Made by a program: the position numbers and the translations under genes
In this document: piece after piece, positions 25,001 to 35,344 of the stretch
How the letters are laid out: each line of letters opens with the position of its first letter
Position numbering within the stretch: position 1 is the stretch's first letter
Assembly (NCBI GenBank): GCA_013265495.1
Contig: MU057989.1
Span: 1,007,513 to 1,071,512, forward strand
Direction of reading: 5' to 3'
DNA length: 64,000 bases
Origin: Vicugna vicugna
Lineage: Eukaryota
The notes under the pieces: model-generated
Seen by the model: the letters and a program-made list of their open reading frames with translations, nothing else
Databases searched by the model: none
What the model was told of the DNA's origin: nothing

Positions 25001-27944
25001 TCCCACATTTGTAGTAATCGATATACTTTGTGCAGATTCAAGTGTGAGCACAGCTACATTTCTCACGTTAGCTTTGGAAATAAGAACAAAACTATATCAG
25101 CCAGAAAACTTCAGTTGCTTGTGTGTGTGCATGAGCAAGTATATTTTAAGCACTAATGATATAAATGAAGAAACCAGCCATGTTTCCACTCATCCAGAAA
25201 GAATCGATTCTAACTGAGTAGGCCAGTGGTTATTTCCAAGGCAATGTTAAATGTGGATACTTCACAGAAAAGGATCAAGGTTATCTGTTCCAGTGCCTGT
25301 TCTTTCAAATCTAGGACATGTGATCTCTAATAGAGTTCTAAAGAAAATAAGATTTTCTAAAAATTCCAGGCAAATCATCAAAGAAGATCATCATAAACCA
25401 AGATTCTTTACCAGTCTCCTTTATCAAGATATTTCTTTCCAGGTAATGACCAGGGGATTTATATACCTGTTACAAGGTTATTATATATTAAAAAAAACCT
25501 AAAGTTCGTTTTGGGGGGATGGGGTGGGGTGACTGTGTTGACAAAGAGGCTTCCTTTGCACCCAGTTCACTTCTGTGTGGACCCTGGGACACAGAGTGAT
25601 GTTCACTCAGGATGGAAAGTGACAAGACATGGATGACTACAATGACAGTCTTTAAAGCTTAGCCTGCAGGTAACCAAGAAGCTGCTCTGGGATGAAGCAT
25701 TTCGCTGCAAAAGCAGCTAGATGACCACAGGTCTACCCGCTCCAACACACACTTCTTTAAAAATAAATAGAATTTTGGACATCTTTCATTCTTTGCTTCC
25801 AGTGCTGCACACACACAGGTTCAAGGACTGGCAGACAGCCTGTTTTCCTGAACAGCCGGGTGGGAGATGGGTCCAAGGCTACCCACAGACTTTGCTTACA
25901 GGGACTGAAAACCGCAGAGTGTATTCCGAAAATACAAGAGAAACAGACCTTTGTTTTGGGATGAACTCACATTCCCTTGAAAGTGGTTTAAATTCTTTCG
26001 CCATGGTTTAAATTGCAGATATCCCCAAACTTACCCCTGAACCTCTTACCCTGGGTGGCAGAGAGGCCTCTTGGGGGCAGCAGCTCTTAAGCCACACTCT
26101 GTTCTCCGCAGGGCCCCACCCTGACCCACTTGGACTTCTAATGCCATCCTCCCCTCAGCCCCAAGAGAGGACCCAGTTCTCCATGGAGCTCATCCTGGGC
26201 GGAAACAGCTCTGAGGCTGGGAAGTGTGCCAAGCAGAGAGCTTTTCATTGGTTTCCGTTCCCTGTCATTTTGCGGGGAAGAGGAAACACCCAACAATCAG
26301 AACTTGTCAGGCAGACGTGAAAGAGATTTAATTAATCATAAATACTAATTTAAAGTTGTATTTGCACTGCCATTTTAAAAGGAGATAACACTAATACCAC
26401 TAGAATGAAGTCTCTGTTAAGAGAAAGTGACTACGTATTGTTCAGATTTCAATCACTTCTTTGTTCAACACCGAAAAACCATCCTCAATTAGTCACACAC
26501 ACTTACTGTGAAACACAGCGGTTCATCCCTTTGTCACGTTCTCGCCCTTCTGCAGTTATATAACTTCTCTTTGTTCAACAAATGGCAGAACAATGGCAAG
26601 ATGGAGTTTAATATGAAAATAGAGCCATTAAAACCTACCTACAAATGACACAAAGCCACAATTATTCAATCCAAAAAGGAGCATGGGGTGCGGGGGGGTG
26701 GTGAAAGGAGCGTCAGAACACCTTCCAGAATCGCTTAGGACAGCACCTCACTCCACATCCAGAGGAAGACCAGAACAGTAATGACAGGGAGCATGCCCAT
26801 TTCTGCCCTTTCTAGATAAAGTGGGAATTCCTTAGGTCAGGAACATGTGTCATTATCCACCTCTCTCTCTGTTCCACAGAGCCTGACTTGGTGCCCTGCA
26901 GGGAGCATGTGCTGGGAGATGCTGGTTTCCCAACGTTACTGAGTGTTTCCACTGATGGCCCTCTGGCAGGGCTGCTCCAGTCCTCAGATAGCTCATAACC
27001 CTGGGGATCTCAAGGAGCTATCTGGTCACTCCCTAGAGAAAACCCATTAATGCCCTCATCAGATGAAACCCCTGGTCTCCAGACCATGACTTGAAGGCCA
27101 AGCAGGTGACCAGAAAGTCCCTGGGGCCATCAGGACTTGAAATGACCAAGGGTCCTATATCAGTAATGACTCCAATAAGGAAATAGTAATCCCAGATCAG
27201 AAAGGTTTTAAATACACAGAAACAGGAGGCGGGGGGTGCAAAGGTCGGGAAAGCTCAGCACTCATCAGGGAAGGCGTTAGGAATAGGAGCTTCCAGGAGA
27301 GCCACTGCCCAGCTCACGAGGAAGCTGCAGAGAACCCCGGGGTGCCGCCCACCATGTGCCTGCCTCAAAAGCTGTGGCCACGGACGACTCAGCAACTTCC
27401 CTCCGCCTCGCCTCCCACAGCTGAGCAGAACCTAACCTGGGGCCCCAAGAAAGGACCAGGAATACAGCTCCAGGCTTCCCCTGCCTCAAGGGCACAACTT
27501 GGAAGGGCAGGCACTTCACTGGCCACAGACACCCAGGCACAGGCACACCACTGGTGCTGAGCACCATCCCCAAGGTGTTCTTGACCCCACCAGACCCAAG
27601 CCAAGCCCAGGGATATCAGCTAACAAAACACTGAACACTTCCTGCCAGATTATCCCCAAAACAGTCACTGGAATCTCTGCAGTCACTCTCTAAGCCACTT
27701 CTGAGCTTGTTTAAGTACAGAGTTTTCTTGTGATCCTCCAGTCAACTCACCCCACACTTCAGTCCAGCTCTGCCAGGGCACTGTCACCCCCATGGCCCCA
27801 CCAACAGCGCCAGCTGATTCTCCCAAGTGTCAACATCTTTCGGCTCGATGTAGACATAAACTCAATAAAGAAGATCTTTTTCTGAGCTTATGGAGGATAT
27901 GTTCTTCTGTTCAGGCTACCATTATAAAGAACTATCCCTAAAAT

Positions 27945-28370
27945 AGAAATAGACTCAACAGACATGGAAAAAAAACATATCTCGTAATGAGCCATAATGG
28001 AAAAGAAACTAAAAAAAAATACATACGTATGTGTGTATATGTAGTAACTGAATCACTTTGCTGTACACCTGAAACTAACATTGTAAACTAACTAAACATC
28101 AATAAAAAATGAGAATGAAAAGAAAACAAATTTATGGTTACCAAAGGGGAAAGGATGGGGAGGGATAAACATGGAGATTGGCAGATACAAACTACTATAT
28201 ATAAAACAGATAAACAAAGACCTACTATATGGCACAGGGAACTATATTCAATATCTTACAATAACATATTATGAAAAAGAATATATATATACACATATGT
28301 AACAATCACTTTGCCATACACACAAAACTAACACAACTTTGTAAATAAACTACAATTAAGAAAAAAAAAT
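27945..28370 (+). mobile_element. Lineage LINE-1 3'UTR fragment interrupted by a second L1 3' tip (about 27978-28120)
   Basis: agactcaacagacatggaaaa continues as acaaatttatggttaccaaagggg only after an inserted ...actgaatcactttgctgtacacctgaaactaac...aataaaaaa block. Confidence 0.8.
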
Positions 28371-28733
28371 GACCCTGACACTATCGGAGTGACTTGAGGC
28401 AAGAGTGTAGATTTAAAAGTACATGTGTTGCTCACTGGCATAAGATGGTGGGAGTGTGCCCTGTGCTGGGGGCACAGGTAGGGATGGGGACACTCCTAGG
28501 GCTGGGGAGAAAGTGCCAAGGCCTAGATGACCCAAAGGTGAGAAGACTGGATATATACCAGGGGCCTGATCAAATAAACGTATCACAGATGATGGGAGCC
28601 ATCTCTTACTCCTGCTGTTGGAGAAGAGAGGAATGACCAGGGAAAGGGGGAAAGCTAAGATCAGCCAGGTGGTGTGAACTGTAATTGGACACATGGTGGC
28701 TTCTATAGCTACCTAGGTAGATGAGAACTACCA

Positions 28734-28811
28734 GTGTGTGTGTGTGCGTGTTTGTGTATGCACGTGTGCACGCGCACATGTGCATACATATATGTGCACG
28801 TGTGTGCATGC
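28734..28811. repeat. 78-bp alternating purine-pyrimidine tract
   Basis: gtgtgt...gcgtgtttgtgtatgcacgtgtgcacgcgcacatgtgcatacatatatgtgcacgtgtgtgcatgc, with one interruption at 28752. Confidence 0.95.
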
Positions 28812-28829
28812 TGGAGGGGAGCATATATG

Positions 28830-30060
28830 CTAGTTTCCTAACTATGTCCATTGAAAAGGCTTAGTAGCCATGACGTCCCAGTGAGTGGACATACCAAGCA
28901 CTCAGAACTTAGTTTCTAAAAACTATTCTCCACTCAAAGGAACCAGAGCTTATTGGAGAAGTGGCTGATACCAGGGCTGGGGAAAAGAAGGTTCAAGAGA
29001 AGCCTGAACGTGTTTTGTCAAAAAGTCAGGAACTTCTCAAAGAATGATGTAGATGTTCAAAGTATGCAATGGCTCCCGCTGGCCAAATCTGGGACAATCA
29101 GAGCATCAAAGTAGATAGTGACAGTAAGGAAGTATAACCCAAATGAATGAAATAAGATCTGTGAGTCTACTGCTAGGAAGGGATGACAGAGCGGAGCAAA
29201 GAAAGAAGAAAGCTCCACCTTACAGTGCGACACCAACTAATAAATGCAAAATAAATGATGCCATTAGAGGGCTGCCATTGGCACCATCATACTAATTGAT
29301 TCAGGAAGACTCATCAAAGGATGCTAAAACAGGTAAAAGTTTAATGAGAAACAGGATATTTACACAGTCTCAAAATATTTCCCAAAAAGTAGTTCTTTAA
29401 TAAAAACAAAATGCTAATTAATTAACTTTGCAGCAAAGAAACCTGGTAGACACCATCTCAACCAATGATAACGCTGACTAACATCTCTGGAAATGGGACA
29501 AATCAAAACTGTGCCCTCCTATTATGATACATCTAGAAGGACGTAGCCCCATTTCTGCAGTCCTGCCAAAAATGCATAACCTGAATCTAATCATGAGGGA
29601 ACATCAGACAAACTCAAATTGAGGGACCGTCTACAAAGTAACTGGCCTGTTCTCCTCAAAAATGTCAAGGTCATGAAACACAAAGACTAAGGAACGGTTC
29701 CAGATTGAAGGTGGCTAAAGAGACATGAGGAGCAAAGCGATGTGTAAGCTGGGATTGGCTCTGGGTCCCTTAAAGGACGTTATCGGGACAACTGGCAAAA
29801 TGTGAAGGGGCCGGTGGAGTAGGAGGGGTACAGTGACTCATTTCCTGATTTGGGTGGCTGTACGGTGACTACACAGGAATGTGTCCTTGTTTTTAAGAAA
29901 TATACAAGGAAGTATTTAGGGACACTTTCTGCAATCTGCTCGCAAATGGGTCAGGAAAAAAAAGTGTTTGTGGTGTGTAGAGAAAGACAGACAAATGTGG
30001 TAGAACACTGACAATTTAGAGAATCTGGAAGAAGGGTTGGCACAGGATTTGTGGGAACCC
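28830..30060 (+). mobile_element. L1MC/MD-type long 3'UTR
   Basis: ttctccactcaaaggaaccagagcttattggagaagtggctgataccagggctgggg...cctgccaaaaatgcataacctgaatctaatcatgagg...cagacaaactcaaattgaggga. Confidence 0.85.
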
Positions 30061-30344
30061 CAGACACCCCAACCACACAGTTCTGGTCACACCCACTGGG
30101 GGCAGCTCTTAAGACAATCCACTTGGGCTGGAGGACTAGACAGAAAGGCATATTAGTGGGGTCTCTCTTTAAATACTAAGTGACATCTGATCGTCAATGC
30201 CAAGAATGAAGACCAGGACACCACAAACTGTTTGAGAGAAAGCCTATGTCATTTATCTCTGAACTCCACCCCAATATCACACTTGGGTCTTGAAAATGCC
30301 CAACCAGTGGGTGATCAACAAGTACGTGTGGAATGCAAGCTACT

Positions 30345-30787
30345 TATAGTGGGCTGAAGAGTGTCCCCCAAATTCATGTCCACCAAAGCCTCAGAATGTG
30401 GCCTTGTTTGGAAACAGGGTCTTCGAAGCTGTAATCAGTCAAAGTTCAAGATGAGATCACAGTGGATTACGGTGGGCCCTAACTCCGGTGAGTTTCCTTA
30501 CAGGAGACAGAAAAGGACACCCGGAGACACAGAGAAGCCGTGTGAGGATGGAGGCAGAGTTAGAGAGCTGTGTCTACAAGCCAGGGGACACCAGGACAGC
30601 GAGCAGCCCCCGGAAGCCAGGAGAGAGGCCTGGGACAGGTTCTCCCTGAGCCTCCAGAAGAAGTCAACCCTGCCCACACCTTGATTTTGGACTTCTGGCC
30701 TCCAGAACTGTGGGAGAATAAATTCCTGTTGTGTGAAGCCAACCAGTGTGTGGTACTTTACTACAGCAGCCCTGGGAAATGAATATG
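30345..30787 (+). mobile_element. MaLR solo LTR (MLT1C-like) with 5-bp TSD
   Basis: tatagtgggctgaa...cccccaaattcatgtcc...gacttctggcctccagaactgtgggagaataaattcctgttg...cagcagccctgggaaatgaatatg; TSD ctact at 30340-30344 and 30788-30792. Confidence 0.9.
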
Positions 30788-31479
30788 CTACTCAAAGAAT
30801 ACATAAAATGGCTTTTCAACAACACTAAAATCTCATTTAACATGTTAGTTTAATTAAGGTAAAAAATCACTGTAACATTTTCATATCTCAGCTTTAACAT
30901 CTTATGCCACATGCCACATAAGCATCGTTTCTTTCCGAGCTGCACTCAATCTGCCCTGGAGACTTGTCAGAGATTAACAAAGGGTGCATGCTGTAATTTT
31001 TCTTTTCTTAAGAGACAAATTGACTTTTAAATTACTGACAGCCTGCTACATGAATGGCACAGTTTCAGACATTCTGTGACATGTTACAAACAAACTACAA
31101 TAAAAACTTCTCAGAACAGTGGCTGAAAATATGGGAAAGAACATGATATTTAATAGGCGTGCATTTCCAGCCACGAATCACACCACCCACACAGCACAGT
31201 GATACGTAAATCTAGCATTTAAAATTGGCCTATATGAATTTGCAAAGTGCAGTGAAGTGGGCCACCAGGCCATCATTACTAAATAAGCACAAGATAAATC
31301 TGTGATTAAGAGTAAAGACGGAGAATGCGTTTGGCTCCAAGTACTGGAAATGGTTAAATTATGCAGAGCTTCGGCAGAAAACACAGTTGCTGTTTTTTCA
31401 GTTTAGTCAGTGAAACATAAAATAATATTGATGTCTGAGAAGGGCTTTCGATGGGAACAGCAGTGCACATTCATCAAGA

Positions 31480-31630
31480 GAGCACTTACCCTTCCTCCCG
31501 AGCGCTGCGCCGAGCCCCGAGGCTATTTATAACGGCGGGCACATGGCGCTACAATAGGCGATTGTATTGTGCAGCTGCTTGTGCGGATCAAGAAGGGCAG
31601 CCGTGGACAGCCTGCACTTTGATGTTTCCC
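31480..31630 (-). promoter_or_regulatory. Candidate intronic promoter/enhancer (MEF2/TATA, E-box, YY1-like, paired SOX, TCF/LEF motifs, splice donor)
   Basis: ctatttataa 31523-31532; acatggcg 31541-31548; acaat-N5-attgt 31551-31565; gcagctgc 31571-31578; ctttgatg 31617-31624; minus-strand GG|GTAAGT at 31490/31489; locally CpG-rich and repeat-free. Motif evidence only. Confidence 0.5.
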
Positions 31631-33387
31631 TTTTTTGGAGATTTAAAATAACATTTAAAAAACTGCCAACCAGCAAGGTCACAGAATATTTTTGGACGGC
31701 ATGGGAATGACGGCAGAGTCGTGGGTGCCTGCAGATCGGCACTCTGGGGCTCGGCCAGCAGGCCAGATGGCACAACATCACCAATGCCAACTTCACCGAC
31801 TACGCCTCCCTGGTAATAAAAGGGCGTTTTACACATCTGCAGAGGGTCTCCCCGACAGGGATACCCCAGGGAACGAGGACGTCCCTGCTGGCCTTACTTC
31901 ACGTTGTCTCCACCACCACGAGGCCTCTGTTCTGCCCTCACCCCACAGCTCTCCAAAACCCCAGCCCTTTCCAGCTGAATTTCCCAAAGCCCTTACCACT
32001 GACATACTGCAAATTTGTCCAAGATATGTGTCCATGTTTTGACTCCCCCATTCTATACATGTGGTCCACAAAAGCAGGGACAGGACAGCATGTCTGTTTT
32101 GTTCACTGATGTGTCTACAGAATGAGTCTACAAGACTCAGGACATAAGATTTACTGAGTGCATATTGTAGAATTACTTAATTTAAGCAGCAGAGGCCATG
32201 ATTTCAGGACGCACAGGGGAATCTGATGACCAGAGTTAGATTCCAGAACTCTGTCACCCTCTGCCTCACCACAAAGATTCAGGTTTTGCTCACATATCAA
32301 CAACATGCAAAAATAGAAATGGATTTCATAAAACACTTGATTTCCTCAACCTGAGGTAGAATGAAAAGACAACTACACCTCACAGTGCTCGATTCTGAAA
32401 CTATATTCATTCAAATGGCATCTCTGAAACTCTTATGATCACTGTCGGTCCGTCTGGCAATCCTTCCTGCTAGAGATGTTAGACGCAGGAAGCACTTGTG
32501 CTAATGAGAAGTGCGGCCCTAATTCAATGAGCATTAAAAAGCATCAAGTTATGCAAACAGATACTGTGTTATGTACAACAAACAACTCTTGAGATTTCCG
32601 TTTTTTCCAGGGTTTTGCATCAGCATACCATGAAAATCTAATGATTTTAGGTAAATAAAGTTCAACGAGACACTCACCACTCAGAAATTCTAGAAGGTCA
32701 GAAAGAGGCAGAGATCAGGGCCCCAGTGGAAGGGGAGGGGGCACAGGGCAGGGACAGGCAGGAGAGCAAGTGAGGACAAGGCTGGGGGTGTCCTGGCAAA
32801 TTCTGCAGAGCCTCTCCTCCGCACTGTAAAGGGAAGGCCAGACTCAGAAAGCTGATTCCATTCAACAAATTCACAGGTGAGGAAGCCCTAGAGAAGCTTT
32901 TTTGGGAACAATTCACTAGCAGAATAAAGGTGTGGCTTCCTAAATGTGAGTAACCCCTTACCAAAGATGTCTGAGGAGCAACAAAGCCTGGCAGGTACAG
33001 TAGCAAGAAGACTGGTTACTGAGGACCCCTGGCAAGCGGCTTTGAGGCCACTTCCTAGCCCTCACTGGCAAGCAGCGTTTGAAGTACATGGGCAGGGAGG
33101 TCTCAGTCATGGCGTGGGACTATGAAAGCCGGCAACCAAGAGGGAGCAGGTCAAGTTCCCCTACAGACTCTTCTCTTCCCACCAGAGGTCGTCTTCAGAA
33201 AACTCTGTAACATCCTGTAGGATTCCGGAACAATTTCCTACACGTCAGAGCTCAAAACATTTATAGAACATCTGCTTCATGCACAGCTGTTTCCCTACCT
33301 GCACAGAAGCTCTGTGGCTCCAAAGCCAATTTAAAAGGAGCGTCAGTCCTCCCAGGAGTCAGAACCAGCCCTCACAGTGAAAAGCAG

Positions 33388-33405
33388 AATTCTGACGTCA
33401 GAATT
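33388..33405. promoter_or_regulatory. Full CRE (TGACGTCA) inside an 18-bp perfect palindrome
   Basis: aattctgacgtcagaatt; CRE core at 33393-33400; function untested. Confidence 0.4.
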
Positions 33406-34056
33406 GGCCTCCTGGGAACACTGAGAGGGAGTATACGATCTGCCAGGCCAGACTGACACCCCTATTCATCTCTGCACCAACGGCACTCAGCCCCACGCCT
33501 GCGCACAGTGGGTCCTCAGGAGACAAGCTTCATTGTTATATTTAAGCATGATGAAGGCCAGAGGCGTGGAGAGCTCTGTGTGTGCATTTTTATTATCAGC
33601 TCCCACTGACAAGCAGTCTACGTCCACCGCACCCAGTCCCTCCTCCTGATTTCTGAAGTTGCCTCATCACAGTGACCACCACCCACTTCAGGCCCTGGGG
33701 TCAGACAAGTGCAAATCCCTGAAGCCCTTCTTCGAAGGTCAAGCCTGGGGCTGACATGTGGCTACTTCCAACAGGGTCTGCCTAAGCCCTCGGTTCTTCC
33801 AAGGAACCCGCGTGGATGAAACCCAGCTCAATCTTATTCTGCAACTATTTTGTGTCTATCATAGGTTTTGGCAGATAAAATGACACTATTTTTTAAAAGC
33901 TAATGTTTGTTTTCTCATTTTAAAGGCAATAAAAATTTTTTTGCTGGACCAATATCTAAAAAAAGTGAAAAGTAAGTGTAATGAAAAAAATAAAGATGAT
34001 CAGTAACCCCAACCGGAGAGATCAACCACTCAACTTCTTTATTTCCCTCCCACCAT

Positions 34057-34220
34057 TTTTAAATAATAGCTTTACTGAGATAAAATTCATATACCATACA
34101 ACGTACCTGCTTAAAGTATAGAAGCCAGGGCAGTTCAGAGTCGTGCAACCACAGACACAGTCGACTGAGAACATTTTCATCATCCTAAAAACAAACCCTG
34201 CAGCCTGCAGCAGTCACTCC
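34057..34220 (-). mobile_element. L1MB-type 3' tip
   Basis: atagctttactgagataaaattcatataccataca...cagagtcgtgcaaccac...agaacattttcatcatcc. Confidence 0.8.
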
Positions 34221-34479
34221 GTGAACTCGGCATGTGTCTGCCCCACCACTGTCCTGTTCCGTTCTCTTCCCAACACCGGCCCCTCTTCTCAGCCTACCAC
34301 CTCCCCGTGAGCGCCGCTTCCCACGCCCCACAGTAAAGGCCCGACTCCACTCAGTGGTTTAACTCATTCCAAAGCTGTGGCCAGCACGTGAGAGAGATCC
34401 CATTCAAAACACCCACTCTCTCCTATCTGAAATGTCACAGTCATGGGGTGATTCCTTGTTGATAAAAAAAAAAAATGAT

Positions 34480-34750
34480 GATAGCAGTGACAACAGGCAG
34501 GACAGGGACCACATTTGCTGGGTGCTCCAAAGCACCAAGCATTGTTCCAAAGCACATTACATAGAGAACCCGTCACATCATTCTCACAGCCCAGTCCAGC
34601 GCAGGCTACTGCTAGCCTCGCTGTAGAGACGGGAAAAGCAAGGCCCAGAAAAACCAAGGTCAAAGAGGCTGAGAAGAAGGCGAGCTGAAATTTGAACCCC
34701 AAGCAGCGTGACATCAGAGCTCAGGCCCTTAACCCTACACCACGCTGCCG
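34480..34750 (-). mobile_element. MIR SINE
   Basis: aagcattgttccaaagcacatt...cattctcacagcc...gaaatttgaaccccaagcagcgtgacatcagagctcaggcccttaacc. Confidence 0.7.
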
Positions 34751-35344
34751 CTTCCTTCAGAGAACTCTCTAAAATGCAGTCATGCCAGAATGCCTTCACA
34801 GGGGAAATGGCTGATCAGGCCCTTTCCGGGAGAACCTGGGAAGAGATGTGCTCTCAGTAGGATAAAGGGTGGGGGGGGCGGGGAAACTGTACAGAGGGGA
34901 CCAGACAGGCTTACTCTGTGACAGTACAGGCAGAACTAAGTTTACTTCACATACATAAATCATACCAGTCTTAGTATACCATCCTTGCCAGGAGAGGGCC
35001 CCTAGTCTCCTTTTAATCAAACTAATTACTGCTAATTAAGTTTATCTCCTTGAATCAAGAAGCTAAAAGAAGTCTCTGAATCAAAAACTGTTGTGGCAAA
35101 CGGCAAGGAAATCGTGTGGTGAGGGGAACACAACCAAAAATACATGATTAAAGTAAGGCTTTAGTCTGGAAAGCAATTCACTAATCTGTTAGCAGTGGCT
35201 ACCTTTAAGGGATGGGAATAGTAAATACTTTTTATTTCCATTTTATACATTTCATACTGCTGTAATTTTAATACCAAACTTACGCCACTTAAGAAGTTGG
35301 GGGAAAAAGATATAAAAAGGCAGCGTGGGGGAAGGGAACAGAAC

